Positions 27,997 to 39,338 of a stretch of DNA of 64,000 nt are shown here, one piece after another. The position numbers and the translations under genes were made by a program. Each line of letters opens with the position of its first letter. Within the stretch, counting starts at the first letter, position 1. The DNA is from Candidatus Zhuqueibacterota bacterium (GTDB taxonomy: Bacteria; Zhuqueibacterota; Zhuqueibacteria; Thermofontimicrobiales; Thermofontimicrobiaceae), in NCBI GenBank assembly GCA_049322915.1, contig JBMOPW010000026.1:207013-271012 (forward strand), given 5' to 3'. Below the pieces are notes generated by a model. It ran no database searches. It was given only the letters and a program-made list of their open reading frames with translations, and was not told the origin of the DNA.

Positions 27997-30513
27997 TCAC
28001 AGATCAGCCGCCGCCGGCGCTGTTGCCAGCAAATCCAGCAGCGACCGACAATTGAAGCTTGCCTGAAACTGCTCCCTGCCGGCGTCTGTCCTCGGCCTGA
28101 ACCTCACCGATTTTTCCTGTCCCGGCACTACGTGGAAGAAATTATCCTCGAAAAATCCCTCGGCGCCGTTCGCCTGAAGTATCAGGGTGTGCACGAATAC
28201 GGACGATTTCAAACTGATGTCAATGCCGGTTTCATCCGTGGAAAATCGCACCTCCGGTGTCGATTGGAGCAACCGCAATCTGGCTGGCGTGGTGAAAAAG
28301 AGGTAATTCTCAGAAATCACCTGTTGCTCCTTTTTGAGGGAGCAATGGAAAAACATCGCGGCCGGATCAATTTCCACGGGCAGGTTATTTTTAATTATTG
28401 AAAGCGCCAGCGCACTGCTCAACGGATTGATGGCAATCTCTTTTTCGCGCTGGAACAGGACATTGCCGGTGAAATCCATGAGACTCACAGAGAGCGTCGC
28501 CCTGTTCATCCTCGGCTCATCGGAAACGACGTACACCTGATAGGCCATGTCCTCATCCGCCGGGACAGCCAGAATTGGCGCGTAAAATCGCCTGGCAACA
28601 TAGTGCAGCGCTTTCCATGCCCCGTAATAATCGATGGACGACCAGCTCGCCACCGGCCAGCAGTCATTGAGCTGCCAGTAAAGACTGCCCATGCATCGCG
28701 GCCGAATGCGGCGAAAATGCTCGGCCCCGGTCTTTATCGCCTCAGCCTGCTGCACCTGACTGAGCAGGACAAAATCTTCGAATTTCTCCGGCACGCCGTA
28801 ATAATTCGCCATGTACTCTTTGATCAACGAATTACCATTTCTATTTTTCTGATGATTGAGCATCACCGGCGAAAAGATGTCGCGGTCGGCTTCATGCGTG
28901 AATTTTTCGATGGTGTTCAATTCCGGGAAGCTCTGAAATCCGTACTCGCTGATGAAACGCGGAGCGTGATGCCGATAGAAATCGAATGGCTCCTGATTGT
29001 GCCATACGCCCCAGTAATGGGTGTCGCCCTGCATCGGATTCTGGGCAAATTCAGTCGGGCGTTCATCGCTGCCCGGCGACGACGACCAGTACGGCCGGGA
29101 TGGATCTTCATTCTGACAGACCGCTGGCAGCGCTTCCGCAAACAGCCGGAGATACTCGTTCCAGAATGATTCCGGATATTTTTCATTCCAGTCGGAATCC
29201 TGCCACGTCCCTTCAATTTCATTGTTGCCGCACCAGATTGCAATGCACGGATGATGTCGCAGCCGCTGAACCTGGTAGGTCGCCTCGGTCCTGACCGATT
29301 GCACAAATTCTGCATGAGCCGGATACATCGAGCAGGCGAACAAGAAATCCTGCCAGACCAGAATCCCCAATTCATCGCACAAATTGTAAAATGTATCGGA
29401 TTCATAAATTCCGCCGCCCCAGACCCGCAGCATGTTCATATTGGCTTCGGCGGCGCTGGTGAGAAGATGGCGGTATCGATCCTCCGTGACCCGATGTGTG
29501 AAGCTGTCCGCCGGAATCCAATTGGCGCCTTTGGCGAAAATAGGGACGCTATTCACAACAAAGACAAAACTCTGGCCGAAATTGTCGCTGTGCCGCCGAA
29601 GTTCCAGGGTTCGCAAACCGATCCGCTTCTCCTCACCCGCTACTTTTCCATTGCTTTCAATTTCAACCCGGACAGTGTACAGAGGCTGCTTGCCATAGCC
29701 TCCGGGCCACCACAACCGGGGATTGGCGAACTCGACATCGCTGGAAATTCTGTTGCGCCCCATGTGCAGTGTCACCGGATATTTCAGGCCGAATGAGCGT
29801 TTGTCATCGTTGATTTTCAGAATCGCCGGGCCTTCGATATCCGATATGACGTCCAGTTGAATCTCCAGGTGTGCGCGCACCCGGTCCAGCCGTTTCGTGA
29901 TGAAATGCAAACCCTCAATCCTGAAACCATCCCAGCCGACCAGTTTCACCGGCTGCCAGATGCCCATTGTGACCAGCCGCGGACCCCAGTCCCAGCCGAA
30001 ATGATACGGCGCCTTTCTCGTATAGGGACTCGTGCCCACCTCAGGGTCGTTCGGCGCCGGATGTACCCAGCGTCGCGTTTTGAGCCCGGGCAGAATTTCC
30101 ACTATCGGCGAGCGGAACGTGATGAGGATTTCGTTCTGCTTCTCCCGAAGCAACGGCTTCACATCCGCCTGCCAGGGGAAAAACATATTATCCGCCTCGA
30201 TTATCTTCGTTCCGTTCAAATAAACCGTCGCATACGTATCCAGTCCTTCGAATACCAGTGCGATATGCTCGCTGCGGAGCAACTCCGAATTCATCTGGAA
30301 TTGGCACATATATTCCCAATTCTCCTTGTCGATCCATTGCACTGATTTTTCATTATCCCGAAAGAATGGATCGTCGATCAGCCCGTTTTCCATTAAATCC
30401 GTTTGAACGCAGCCGGGCACCCGGGCCGGGTGCCAGTCCGATTTGCCTGCCTGGCGGAAGCGCCAGTCGCTGCTTAATTTTTCAACCCACACCGTGCTAT
30501 TGGCATGACTCAT
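27997..30513 (-). CDS. Beta-mannosidase, glycoside hydrolase family 2
   Basis: RKAPYHFGWDWGP, KGANWIP, NMLRVWGGG, WCGNNE, FISEYGFQS, YWQLNDCWP. Confidence 0.95.
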   Translation of the reverse strand: MSHANSTVWVEKLSSDWRFRQAGKSDWHPARVPGCVQTDLMENGLIDDPFFRDNEKSVQWIDKENWEYMCQFQMNSELLRSEHIALVFEGLDTYATVYLNGTKIIEADNMFFPWQADVKPLLREKQNEILITFRSPIVEILPGLKTRRWVHPAPNDPEVGTSPYTRKAPYHFGWDWGPRLVTMGIWQPVKLVGWDGFRIEGLHFITKRLDRVRAHLEIQLDVISDIEGPAILKINDDKRSFGLKYPVTLHMGRNRISSDVEFANPRLWWPGGYGKQPLYTVRVEIESNGKVAGEEKRIGLRTLELRRHSDNFGQSFVFVVNSVPIFAKGANWIPADSFTHRVTEDRYRHLLTSAAEANMNMLRVWGGGIYESDTFYNLCDELGILVWQDFLFACSMYPAHAEFVQSVRTEATYQVQRLRHHPCIAIWCGNNEIEGTWQDSDWNEKYPESFWNEYLRLFAEALPAVCQNEDPSRPYWSSSPGSDERPTEFAQNPMQGDTHYWGVWHNQEPFDFYRHHAPRFISEYGFQSFPELNTIEKFTHEADRDIFSPVMLNHQKNRNGNSLIKEYMANYYGVPEKFEDFVLLSQVQQAEAIKTGAEHFRRIRPRCMGSLYWQLNDCWPVASWSSIDYYGAWKALHYVARRFYAPILAVPADEDMAYQVYVVSDEPRMNRATLSVSLMDFTGNVLFQREKEIAINPLSSALALSIIKNNLPVEIDPAAMFFHCSLKKEQQVISENYLFFTTPARLRLLQSTPEVRFSTDETGIDISLKSSVFVHTLILQANGAEGFFEDNFFHVVPGQEKSVRFRPRTDAGREQFQASFNCRSLLDLLATAPAAADL

Positions 30514-30938
30514 GCGCCGTTATCCTTTGTCAAAATGAGGTTCTGATTTTTGCAACGGTTTAGCCGCATGATCGCGCCGGATATCCATCCAACGCCGGCA
30601 TTGGCTATATCCAGAATGACCGTTCGGGAGTCGTTGCGTTCAACAACTGACTAAACTATTACTGATTTCTTGTTGCCTGATTGAACTGACAAAATTTCAA
30701 TGCATCGTAAATAAGAAAGTTATTGATAAAATGCAAATGATTTTATTGCAAAATATTTCAGTGAGCACAACGCGGAGAGTTCAATATTATCAGAGCATTA
30801 TTTCGCTGAGTCATCAGAGATTTCCGCGCGAAACACCGTGCAACTATTGCCGTCATTGCCTCGTAATTAGCTTTTAAAAAAATCACCTGCCGCACCTTGC
30901 CTCAACTTCATAAAATCCACAAAAAACTTGGAGGATAC

Positions 30939-33110
30939 ATGTCCCGATTGATACGAGTGCTCCTTGCTGCTATCGTCGTTTTCTCGATTGGCTCTTCGCT
31001 CCTGTTCGCCCAGGGAGCGCTGCGACCTTTTCGCACTGAAATTCCACCGGTTCTGGATGGCGTCCTCGATGATGACGTCTGGCAGAAAGCGCCGTCCGAG
31101 ACAGGATTCAAAACCTATTACCCTGATTATGGCAGCAGCATGAGCGAGGCCACAAAAGTGTGGTATGCGTACGACCGTGAAAACCTGTACTTCGCGTTCA
31201 AATGCTATGACAGCGAGCCTGACAAAATTAAAACGTCGGTCACTGCCCGCGACAAGATTCGCCCCGACGACTGGATTTGCCTCAACCTGGACACGTTCAA
31301 TGACCAGCAGTCGCTGTACGCGTTTTACACGAATCCTGCCGGTGTGCAAATGGACAGCCGCGCGAATGCGGTGGATGAAGACATGAGCATCGATTTTGTC
31401 TGGTACAGCGACGGAAAAATCGATGAAGAAGGGTACAGTATCGAGGTCAAAATCCCGTTCAAAAGCGTGCGGTTTTCGCATCACGAACCGGTGGAAATGG
31501 GAATCATTTTTGAGCGATACATCAGCAGGAAATCCGAAGCCGGCACCTACCCGGCGCTCGATCCCAAATGGGGCATGAATTTTTTAACGCAAACGCGAAC
31601 GCTTCAATATGAAAATATCAAGCATTACACGCTCCTGGAGTTGCTGCCGGCTGTGACGTATTCACAAAACAGCTCCATCGAGGAAGGAACATTGAGATCC
31701 GAAGGCGACGACAGCGAGCTGAGTTTGACGGCAAAGTACGGAATCACGTCGCACTTAATTTTAGACGGCACTATTAATCCTGATTTCAGCCAGGTGGAAG
31801 CCGACGCCGGCCAGGTGGATTTCAACCAGCGGTACGCGCTCTATTATCCGGAAAAACGTCCCTTCTTTTTGGAAGGCAGGGAAAATTTCATTTTTGGCGG
31901 AAGCAGCGAAGGCGACCCCCTGGGCGCGGTGGTTCACACGCGGAATATCGTGGATCCGAGCATTGGGCTGAAGCTGACCGGGAAAATTGGCGACCGAAAT
32001 ACGCTGGCAACGATTTACGCGCGCGACGAGTTGCCGGACGATCTCGGCCAGGGCGATCACGCGGATGTTGCCATTCTTCGCTACAAACGGGCCATGAGTC
32101 AGGATGGCTTCATCGGTGGATTTTTCACGGACAGAGAGCGGGAGAATGGCTACAATCGCGTCCTGGGTTCCGACGGCCAGCTTCGCATTAACCGCTCCAG
32201 CCACATTGGTTTTCATGGGTTTCTTTCCCAAACCAAAGACGACGATGCCTCGAAAAAAATAGATGGTCACGCGGCCGGAGTGAATTATTACTATCGCACG
32301 CGCGACTGGTTCATAAACATGCGGCTGCACGACCTATCGAGGGATTTCAACACGGAGACAGGTTACATCACGAGAACCGATGTGACGCGAATCCGCGCCG
32401 GCATTATGCGCATGCTGTATCCCACGTCCCGGATTTTAAAACGAATCGATCCGCTGCTGAACAACCAGTTCATCCTGGATAAAGAGAGCGATTTATGGGA
32501 AAACAACAACGCGTTTTACGTGACGTTCATCCTGCCACGAACCACAAGTTTTCGAATTGGTTACGCTTACGCGACCGAGATTTTCCGCGGCGAAAAATTT
32601 GATGACAGCGGCGTGTCGATTATCGGTTCCAGCCAGTTGACAAAGCAATTCTATTTTGACTTCACGTACAGCTATGGTGACAGAATACGGTATATCTATG
32701 ATCCCGCAGTTTTGCCGTACCAGGGCTACGGCAGCAGCGCTTCGGCGAGTGTTATTTACCAGCCATCGGAAAATTTTCGGTCCAGCCTTGATTTTGTCTA
32801 CAGCGATTTCTACCAGGAATCAACTGACACGAAAGAATACGATTATTCCATCGTCCGGTTTTTCAACACCTATCAGGTGAACAAGTACTTGTTTTTCCGG
32901 GCCATCGTGGAATACAATTCGTTTTATGAAGAGTTGAAATCGGATTTGCTGGCGTCGTTCACCTACATCCCCGGAACTGTGATTCACTTAGGCTACGGTT
33001 CGCTCTACAACAAACTGGCCTGGGAAAATGGCCAGTACGTGGACAGCGACCGCTTCCTGGAAATGAAGCGGGGATTCTTTTTCAAGACGTCGTATTTGTG
33101 GCGGATGTGA
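30939..33110 (+). CDS. CBM9-like + DUF5916 outer-membrane protein (second paralog)
   Basis: PVLDGVLDDDVW, YDRENLYFAF, EVKIPFKSVRF, NPDFSQVEAD, YPEKRPFFLEG; GGAGG RBS. Confidence 0.85.
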   Translation: MSRLIRVLLAAIVVFSIGSSLLFAQGALRPFRTEIPPVLDGVLDDDVWQKAPSETGFKTYYPDYGSSMSEATKVWYAYDRENLYFAFKCYDSEPDKIKTSVTARDKIRPDDWICLNLDTFNDQQSLYAFYTNPAGVQMDSRANAVDEDMSIDFVWYSDGKIDEEGYSIEVKIPFKSVRFSHHEPVEMGIIFERYISRKSEAGTYPALDPKWGMNFLTQTRTLQYENIKHYTLLELLPAVTYSQNSSIEEGTLRSEGDDSELSLTAKYGITSHLILDGTINPDFSQVEADAGQVDFNQRYALYYPEKRPFFLEGRENFIFGGSSEGDPLGAVVHTRNIVDPSIGLKLTGKIGDRNTLATIYARDELPDDLGQGDHADVAILRYKRAMSQDGFIGGFFTDRERENGYNRVLGSDGQLRINRSSHIGFHGFLSQTKDDDASKKIDGHAAGVNYYYRTRDWFINMRLHDLSRDFNTETGYITRTDVTRIRAGIMRMLYPTSRILKRIDPLLNNQFILDKESDLWENNNAFYVTFILPRTTSFRIGYAYATEIFRGEKFDDSGVSIIGSSQLTKQFYFDFTYSYGDRIRYIYDPAVLPYQGYGSSASASVIYQPSENFRSSLDFVYSDFYQESTDTKEYDYSIVRFFNTYQVNKYLFFRAIVEYNSFYEELKSDLLASFTYIPGTVIHLGYGSLYNKLAWENGQYVDSDRFLEMKRGFFFKTSYLWRM

Positions 33111-33229
33111 CATTAGTGAATATGGGCCAACCGCGCCGGTAATGGGTTCAGCGATTTGAGCAGGCTAACGCAGGGCCCTGTGCTGCGCGCGTCGCCGGGC
33201 AAGACATTAATAATCATGAGGTGACGCCG

Positions 33230-33835
33230 ATGCACGTGTACATTCTGTTCGCTCATCCCGGCACGAAATCGTTCTGCCGGGCCGTATTGACGGAATTCAC
33301 CCGAGGACTCGCCGATAGCGGGCACAGCTACGAAATTGCGGATTTGTACGGCATGGAATTCATCTCCGACATGGATGCGATTCAATACGAGCGCGAAGTG
33401 GGACTTGATCCGCACGCGCCTGTGCCGTCGGACGTAAGATTGGAGCAGGAAAAAATCAATGCAGCGGATGCCCTGGCGTTCATCTATCCGGTCTGGTGGA
33501 GCGATTGCCCGGCAAAACTGAAGGGCTGGTTCGACCGCGTTTTTACCTATGGTTATGCCTATTATTATGATTCCAACGAAGCGCGTTTCACGGAGATTAA
33601 AGTGAATAAAGCGCTGGTGATCTGTACGGCAGGGCATACGATGAAGCATCTCGAAGAGACCGGCATTGCCGAAAGCATGCGGCGAATTATGCTCAATGAT
33701 CGGCTTCTCGGCGTGGGCGTGAAACAAGCCACCATGGTCATTCTGGGCGGAATGATGCCCCACGAAGATACGCATCGGCAGAGCAACCTCGAAACAGCGT
33801 ATTATCTTGGTAAAAACCTGTCGCTCTGTGATTGA
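33230..33835 (+). CDS. NAD(P)H-dependent quinone oxidoreductase (flavodoxin-like fold)
   Basis: AHP..SF, ADLY, EQEKINAADALAFIYPVWW..PAKLKGWFDRVF. Confidence 0.9.
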   Translation: MHVYILFAHPGTKSFCRAVLTEFTRGLADSGHSYEIADLYGMEFISDMDAIQYEREVGLDPHAPVPSDVRLEQEKINAADALAFIYPVWWSDCPAKLKGWFDRVFTYGYAYYYDSNEARFTEIKVNKALVICTAGHTMKHLEETGIAESMRRIMLNDRLLGVGVKQATMVILGGMMPHEDTHRQSNLETAYYLGKNLSLCD

Positions 33836-33993
33836 CACCAGAAAGTACCCGGTCGAGACGCACGCTCATAGCGATGATTTCCAGCATTGTGAAATTCGCC
33901 GGTAGTGACAATGCCGGATGCTATCCAGCGCGTTGCCCCGGCGTTTCGAAATTGACGTACGCCCCATCAAAATCTGATTCTTGCGACCGATGG

Positions 33994-35355
33994 CTATCGG
34001 CGTCTTTCGGCTCCATGACGTCGGGAAAAAATGCCGGTGACGCCCCATAAAATCGCTGCCGCCAGCATCGACCAGAACAGCAGGTGCCGGATGATGTACG
34101 TTCGCCGGCCTTCGGTCGGATACAACGAATATGCCAGCGGTGGTTTGAAAAGGTAACGTTCCAGGTTGCCCCATAAATAGGCGGAGTCCTTCACGAAACC
34201 GGTGTAATTGTAGCGCACGTCCTCAACGAACGGCGGGCGCCGGTATTTTAAAATCGCCTGGCCGATGAATTCGCTTTTCGTCACGCCATTGCACTCTGAA
34301 AATGGAACGGTGACGACGGTATCCTGACCGGCTTCCACAAGCAAATTAGTCCATTCCCAGTCCTTATAAATTCTCGCCTGAACGCCATCGAACGCATTGT
34401 GCTGATTGAGATGGAGCAGGTCGGCCGTATTCAGCACAAGTCCGTTCTTGTCGGTGATATAAATATTGCTGTGGCTGAGATCGACAAAGGCCCAACGCTG
34501 CTGTTCGGCAATGTACGATTCGGCCCAGGTATGGCCGGTGTAAACAAAAAGATTGTCCTGGGTCAGCGCGCCCAGCATCAGCCGCGTGGGAATGCCGGCG
34601 CGATTGGCAAAAAACGTATAGATCTGTCCGTGTTGCGTACACCAGCCTTTGCAATCACCGCTGACCATCTCTTCGAAAAGCAGCAGCGGATTCATCCAGC
34701 GGGCGTCGTCCTTGGGCACACCCCTCGCATTTATCAACTTTATGCGCAGATACCGGGTGAGCTTCTCCATTTTCCTGAACGTCGTTTCATCTCCCTGAAT
34801 GCCAACATCGTCGCGCAAAATCGTGTCGACTTTGGCGAGCCCCTCTGCACCAACGTATTTATAATCATCCACCCAGTTGGCTACAGAATACTGTTTGAAA
34901 TCACCGCATGGAATGGAGGGCTTGATCACGTAGACATCGTTGCGCTTCATGCCCCGTTCCGCATAAAATTCCTTTGAATAGAAGCTGATTGAAAAGCTCA
35001 CATCCTGACCAATGCCGGCAGGCAGGGGAGTCAATGTGTATGAATGAGAAACTGCCTCGTCCTTTTGAAGATGAATGATGGAGCGCCGTCCCTCTGATAT
35101 TTCCGGCGTTGCGCCGTCGCAGGAGATTTGCCATTTTTCCACATTTTTATTCCAGGAGATGTTCGCCTGAATGGTGCGCCGGTCGATCAAATCCCAATTG
35201 CGAAGCACAGGAATATCCAGCGGATAATACAGGGTCGCATAGCTGGCTGGGTAATAAGACGATTCCCATTCGCGCGTGAGAAAATACCAGAGATTGCCAA
35301 TCAGCAGGAGGAAGAAAAAGATAGCCCATACGGTCGTTAGTTTTTTCATGCTCAT
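33994..35355 (-). CDS. Membrane-anchored transglutaminase-like domain protein
   Basis: GWC..GIPTR..GHTWAESY..WAFVD (Cys-His-Asp triad); TM helices at both ends. Confidence 0.75.
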   Translation of the reverse strand: MSMKKLTTVWAIFFFLLLIGNLWYFLTREWESSYYPASYATLYYPLDIPVLRNWDLIDRRTIQANISWNKNVEKWQISCDGATPEISEGRRSIIHLQKDEAVSHSYTLTPLPAGIGQDVSFSISFYSKEFYAERGMKRNDVYVIKPSIPCGDFKQYSVANWVDDYKYVGAEGLAKVDTILRDDVGIQGDETTFRKMEKLTRYLRIKLINARGVPKDDARWMNPLLLFEEMVSGDCKGWCTQHGQIYTFFANRAGIPTRLMLGALTQDNLFVYTGHTWAESYIAEQQRWAFVDLSHSNIYITDKNGLVLNTADLLHLNQHNAFDGVQARIYKDWEWTNLLVEAGQDTVVTVPFSECNGVTKSEFIGQAILKYRRPPFVEDVRYNYTGFVKDSAYLWGNLERYLFKPPLAYSLYPTEGRRTYIIRHLLFWSMLAAAILWGVTGIFSRRHGAERRR

Positions 35356-36037
35356 TCCACTCTCGTTCAGATGGTTGTTATTTTAATGATCGATTGAAAA
35401 CGCATTGGATTAAATTCAAAACGACGCCCGGGCGATGGACGCATCGTCCTGCAAAACCGAAGCAGCGCCATGGCCACAGCGCAGCGTGTTACTGAACTGT
35501 GCGGCATCCTCTTCTGATGCAAGCGGGTCGCCTGGTGGCCCCGGGAATCCATTGCTCGCAAAGAAGTTCAGCCGTGAATCGCATCGCTATCAGCGGCTCG
35601 GTAATTCATGAAATTGGAAATTCGTTCCTGGAAAGTCGGTCTTTTGGGCGAGTTGAAGCGCTTCGACTATTTACAACTTTTTTTTGTGACAATCAATAAA
35701 AAAATATTCGACTGAGAATCCGTGTTGGTTGGACACCTTTTATTGACCAGATCAAGGAATCGGTATTTTACCTGACGCCATTCAAATATCGATTCCATGA
35801 ATCACAATGTATTGAGCAGCCGCCGGCGCTGACCAATTTTTTCTGCCATACTTCGCATATTTATTTTGCAACAAATTCATCATCTCTTCGTTTCAATACG
35901 TGACTATTTTTTTGATCCCCACTATAGAGGCCGTCCTGAGCGACGGCTTCTTTTGAAATATATTTTCCACGATGTAGAAATTATCTTTATCCATATTTTT
36001 CATATCTATCTTCTTGAAATGATGATGGGAGTGGCCA

Positions 36038-36364
36038 ATGAAATACCTGTCGCGACCGGAAGAGCTGGTGCTGCTTGCGATCTGGAAGATCAAGGACGAA
36101 CCCTACGGCGTCAGAATCCGGCAGCACATTTCGGAGCTGACCGGCAAGTACTGGTCGATCGGTTCCATCTACGTCCCTTTGGACCGACTGGAATACAAGG
36201 GATTTGTCACGTCCTATTTGGCAGATCCCACGGCGGAACGGGGCGGCAAAAGCAAGCGATACTATAAATTGACCGATAAAGGCCTGGAAGAACTCCGCGC
36301 TATTCAGAAAATTTACGAGACATTCTGGGACGATTTACCGGACTTGTCGCAGGAAAAGGCCTGA
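36038..36364 (+). CDS. PadR-family transcriptional regulator
   Basis: EELVLLAI..YGV.I..GSIYVPLDRLE.KG..ERGGKSKRYYKLT. Confidence 0.92.
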   Translation: MKYLSRPEELVLLAIWKIKDEPYGVRIRQHISELTGKYWSIGSIYVPLDRLEYKGFVTSYLADPTAERGGKSKRYYKLTDKGLEELRAIQKIYETFWDDLPDLSQEKA

Positions 36365-36369
36365 GTGAA

Positions 36370-38952
36370 ATGAAGCATCAAATTCCAAAACCGCCGCGGA
36401 TTGGCGCCTGGCTGCTCTCGTTATTTCTGAATTACAATCACCCTGAAACCTTGCTGGCTGATTTCGAGGAAATCTACCGGGAGATTGCCGCAAGCAAAAA
36501 TGTCACCGTTGCCAGGTTGTGGTACTTCTCTCAAATTTTTATCATCCTGCCTTCCTTCATTAAAAATTCAATGTATTGGAGCAAAGAAATGCTGAAATAT
36601 TATTTGAAGATCGCCTTCAGAAATATCAAAATGAGCAAGGGCTATTCTTTGATCAATATTTTCGGGCTGGCAACCGGCATGGCCTGTTCCATTCTCATTT
36701 TACTCTGGATTTTCAACGAACTGAGTTATGACAACTTTCATGAAAAGGGAGATTCTATTTACCGGGTTTCAATCATCAATAAAAAAGAGGGGAAAGTACA
36801 ATACGACAGTCCTCAGTTCGTGCCGCCCATGGGCCCGGCCATGAAAAAGGATTTTCCCGAAATTAAAAATTACGCCCGCATCTCAACGCGCCGCGTGGCG
36901 TACCTGGATTACAACGGGCGTTCGGTGAAAGTGGGTGAAATCAGTTATGCGGATTCGACCTTCTTCGATTTGTTCTCATTCAAGCTTGTTCAGGGCGATG
37001 GCAGGACTGCGCTGGTTGAGCCGTTTTCCATTGTTCTCACCAAAGAAGCAGCAGGGCTGCTTTTTGGCGCTGCGGAGCCTTTTGGCGCGATTCTCAAAAT
37101 CAATAACAATATGTACAAAGTGACCGGCATTATGGAGGACCCGCCGGCGAACTCATCTATCTCGTTCAATGCGCTCATTTCTTTTTCAAGTCTGTACGAA
37201 GATCCCCACAACTACATGGATTGGAACGGCGGCAACCAGTATTACACATATGTGGAATTGCACGAGAAAACTTCGGCAGCCGATGTGAATGAAAAATTCC
37301 CTGATTTTATGTGGCGCTATCTGGATAAGAATTTCGCTGACATTGGCTTGAAGCACGAAGCCTATCTGCAACCGCTACGCGACATTCATTTATTTTATAA
37401 TGATTATACCGGCAGCAATGTGACGAATATTTATATTTTTTCCGGCATTGCGCTTTTAATACTGGTCATTGCCTGCATTAATTTTATCAATTTAACTACA
37501 GCGCGGGCCGGCCGGCGCGCCCGGGAAGTCGGCGTGCGAAAAGTGTTGGGCGCCCAGAGGCAGGGATTGATTCGTCAGTTCATGAGCGAATCCCTTTTAT
37601 TTGTTGTGGTATCGTTTGTCGCGGCAGTGGTTTTGGCGAAACTATTTTTTCCCACGTTTCATTACCTGGTGAATACAGAGCTGAATACGAGCCTTTTATT
37701 TAACTTCCCGGTTTTGGCCGGCATATTCGGGCTGATGATTTTGGTGGGAATAATCGCCGGAAGTTATCCCGCGTTATATCTGTCATCCTTCCAACCGGCG
37801 ACGACCATAAAAGGTTCGCCGGGAAAAGGCGCCGGTAATTTTAAATCGAGAAACGCGCTGGTGGTCTTTCAATTTTTCATTTCGCTCACGCTCATCATCT
37901 GCACCATTTTCATCAATCAGCAACTGCGTTTTATGAAGAACAAGGAGCTGGGCTTCAACAAGGAAAATATTCTCATACTTCCATTGAATGGTGAATCGGT
38001 TCAGGATAGGGTGGGGCTTTTGAAGGAGCAATTGGAGAATATTCCGGGGGTTGTCAGCGCGACCGCTGTTTCCCAGGCGCCGTATCGTGGGTTGACGCGA
38101 AACGGATATTTCCCGGAAGGTTCAACGACGTTGGAAATGATTCATGTGGTGGATGTGGACGAGGATTTTTTGAAAACTTTTGAGATTGAGCTTGTGGCTG
38201 GCAGGAATTTTTCGGAAGAAATTACAACAGATAAAGCAGCTTACCTGGTCAATGAAACGCTGGCGAAATCGTTGAAATGGGACAATCCGCTGGGCAAAAT
38301 CATTCGTCGTAACGGAGAGCACACAATCATCGGTGTTGTGAAGGATTTCAATTTCGCCACGCTGCACGAGCGCATAGAACCGCTGATCATCACTAACATG
38401 CCCTGGCTAAATCGGTTCGACAACGTGTGCATTAAAATAAATTCGGAAAATGTGCCGGCGACAATTCAATCCATAAAATCAGCATGGACGACCGTTTCAC
38501 CGGCTCTGCCTTTTGATTACTATTTCCTGGACGATTCGTTCGATAACCTTTATAAATTCGAACAGCGAATTCAGAAAATATTCTTCTATTTTTCCTGCAT
38601 CGCCATTATTATCGCACTGCTGGGTTTATTCAGCCTGGCTTCTTTTTCAGTGGAACAGCGCGTAAAAGAAATCGGAATCCGCAAGGTACTGGGCGCGTCT
38701 GAATTTCAGGTGGTGTACATACTTTCGCGGCAGATTATTGGCCTCGTGATAATCTCAGCCATTGTTGCCGTACCCATAGCGTTTTTCATCGTGCGGATGT
38801 GGCTGCAACATTATGCATTTCGAATCCACATTTCGCCGCTCGTGTTCCTGCTGGCCACGCTGGGGACGCTGGTCATTGCATTCCTGACCGTGAGTTACCA
38901 AACGATTCGGACCGCGCAGACGAATCCGGTTGATGCGTTGAAGTATGAATAA
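36370..38952 (+). CDS. MacB/FtsX-type duplicated ABC permease
   Basis: INIFGLATGMAC, IACINFINL..RAREVGVRKVLGA, QRVKEIGIRKVLGAS, NPVDALKYE. Confidence 0.92.
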   Translation: MKHQIPKPPRIGAWLLSLFLNYNHPETLLADFEEIYREIAASKNVTVARLWYFSQIFIILPSFIKNSMYWSKEMLKYYLKIAFRNIKMSKGYSLINIFGLATGMACSILILLWIFNELSYDNFHEKGDSIYRVSIINKKEGKVQYDSPQFVPPMGPAMKKDFPEIKNYARISTRRVAYLDYNGRSVKVGEISYADSTFFDLFSFKLVQGDGRTALVEPFSIVLTKEAAGLLFGAAEPFGAILKINNNMYKVTGIMEDPPANSSISFNALISFSSLYEDPHNYMDWNGGNQYYTYVELHEKTSAADVNEKFPDFMWRYLDKNFADIGLKHEAYLQPLRDIHLFYNDYTGSNVTNIYIFSGIALLILVIACINFINLTTARAGRRAREVGVRKVLGAQRQGLIRQFMSESLLFVVVSFVAAVVLAKLFFPTFHYLVNTELNTSLLFNFPVLAGIFGLMILVGIIAGSYPALYLSSFQPATTIKGSPGKGAGNFKSRNALVVFQFFISLTLIICTIFINQQLRFMKNKELGFNKENILILPLNGESVQDRVGLLKEQLENIPGVVSATAVSQAPYRGLTRNGYFPEGSTTLEMIHVVDVDEDFLKTFEIELVAGRNFSEEITTDKAAYLVNETLAKSLKWDNPLGKIIRRNGEHTIIGVVKDFNFATLHERIEPLIITNMPWLNRFDNVCIKINSENVPATIQSIKSAWTTVSPALPFDYYFLDDSFDNLYKFEQRIQKIFFYFSCIAIIIALLGLFSLASFSVEQRVKEIGIRKVLGASEFQVVYILSRQIIGLVIISAIVAVPIAFFIVRMWLQHYAFRIHISPLVFLLATLGTLVIAFLTVSYQTIRTAQTNPVDALKYE

Positions 38953-39338
38953 AATTGTAGGTGGAAATTTTTGTCGTTCTTTGGGGGAAATTTGGTAATA
39001 ATTTTTTTACTCAAATTTACGCTGATTTATTTCATTATTCTTGGCAGTTTATATTTATAAAATCATCAAAACCAGAGGTATTCAATGAATGAGAAAAAAG
39101 AGCTAATAGATTTGATTGAAAAAAATACCAAAAAATAAAATCCTGGCTGTGAAAAAAATTTTACAATTTTTAATTGCTATCTTTGCAGTATCAATTTATT
39201 TGCGCTCGCATCGGAGCTGAGTGAAAATGGAATAGGGGTACCAGCTCGAATGCGCCGGTACCCTTATTTCCAGATTTTGTTCACAATCCAATATATGATT
39301 TGCTTCGATCGCTATGAGATGGATCGACTCATTCGCGC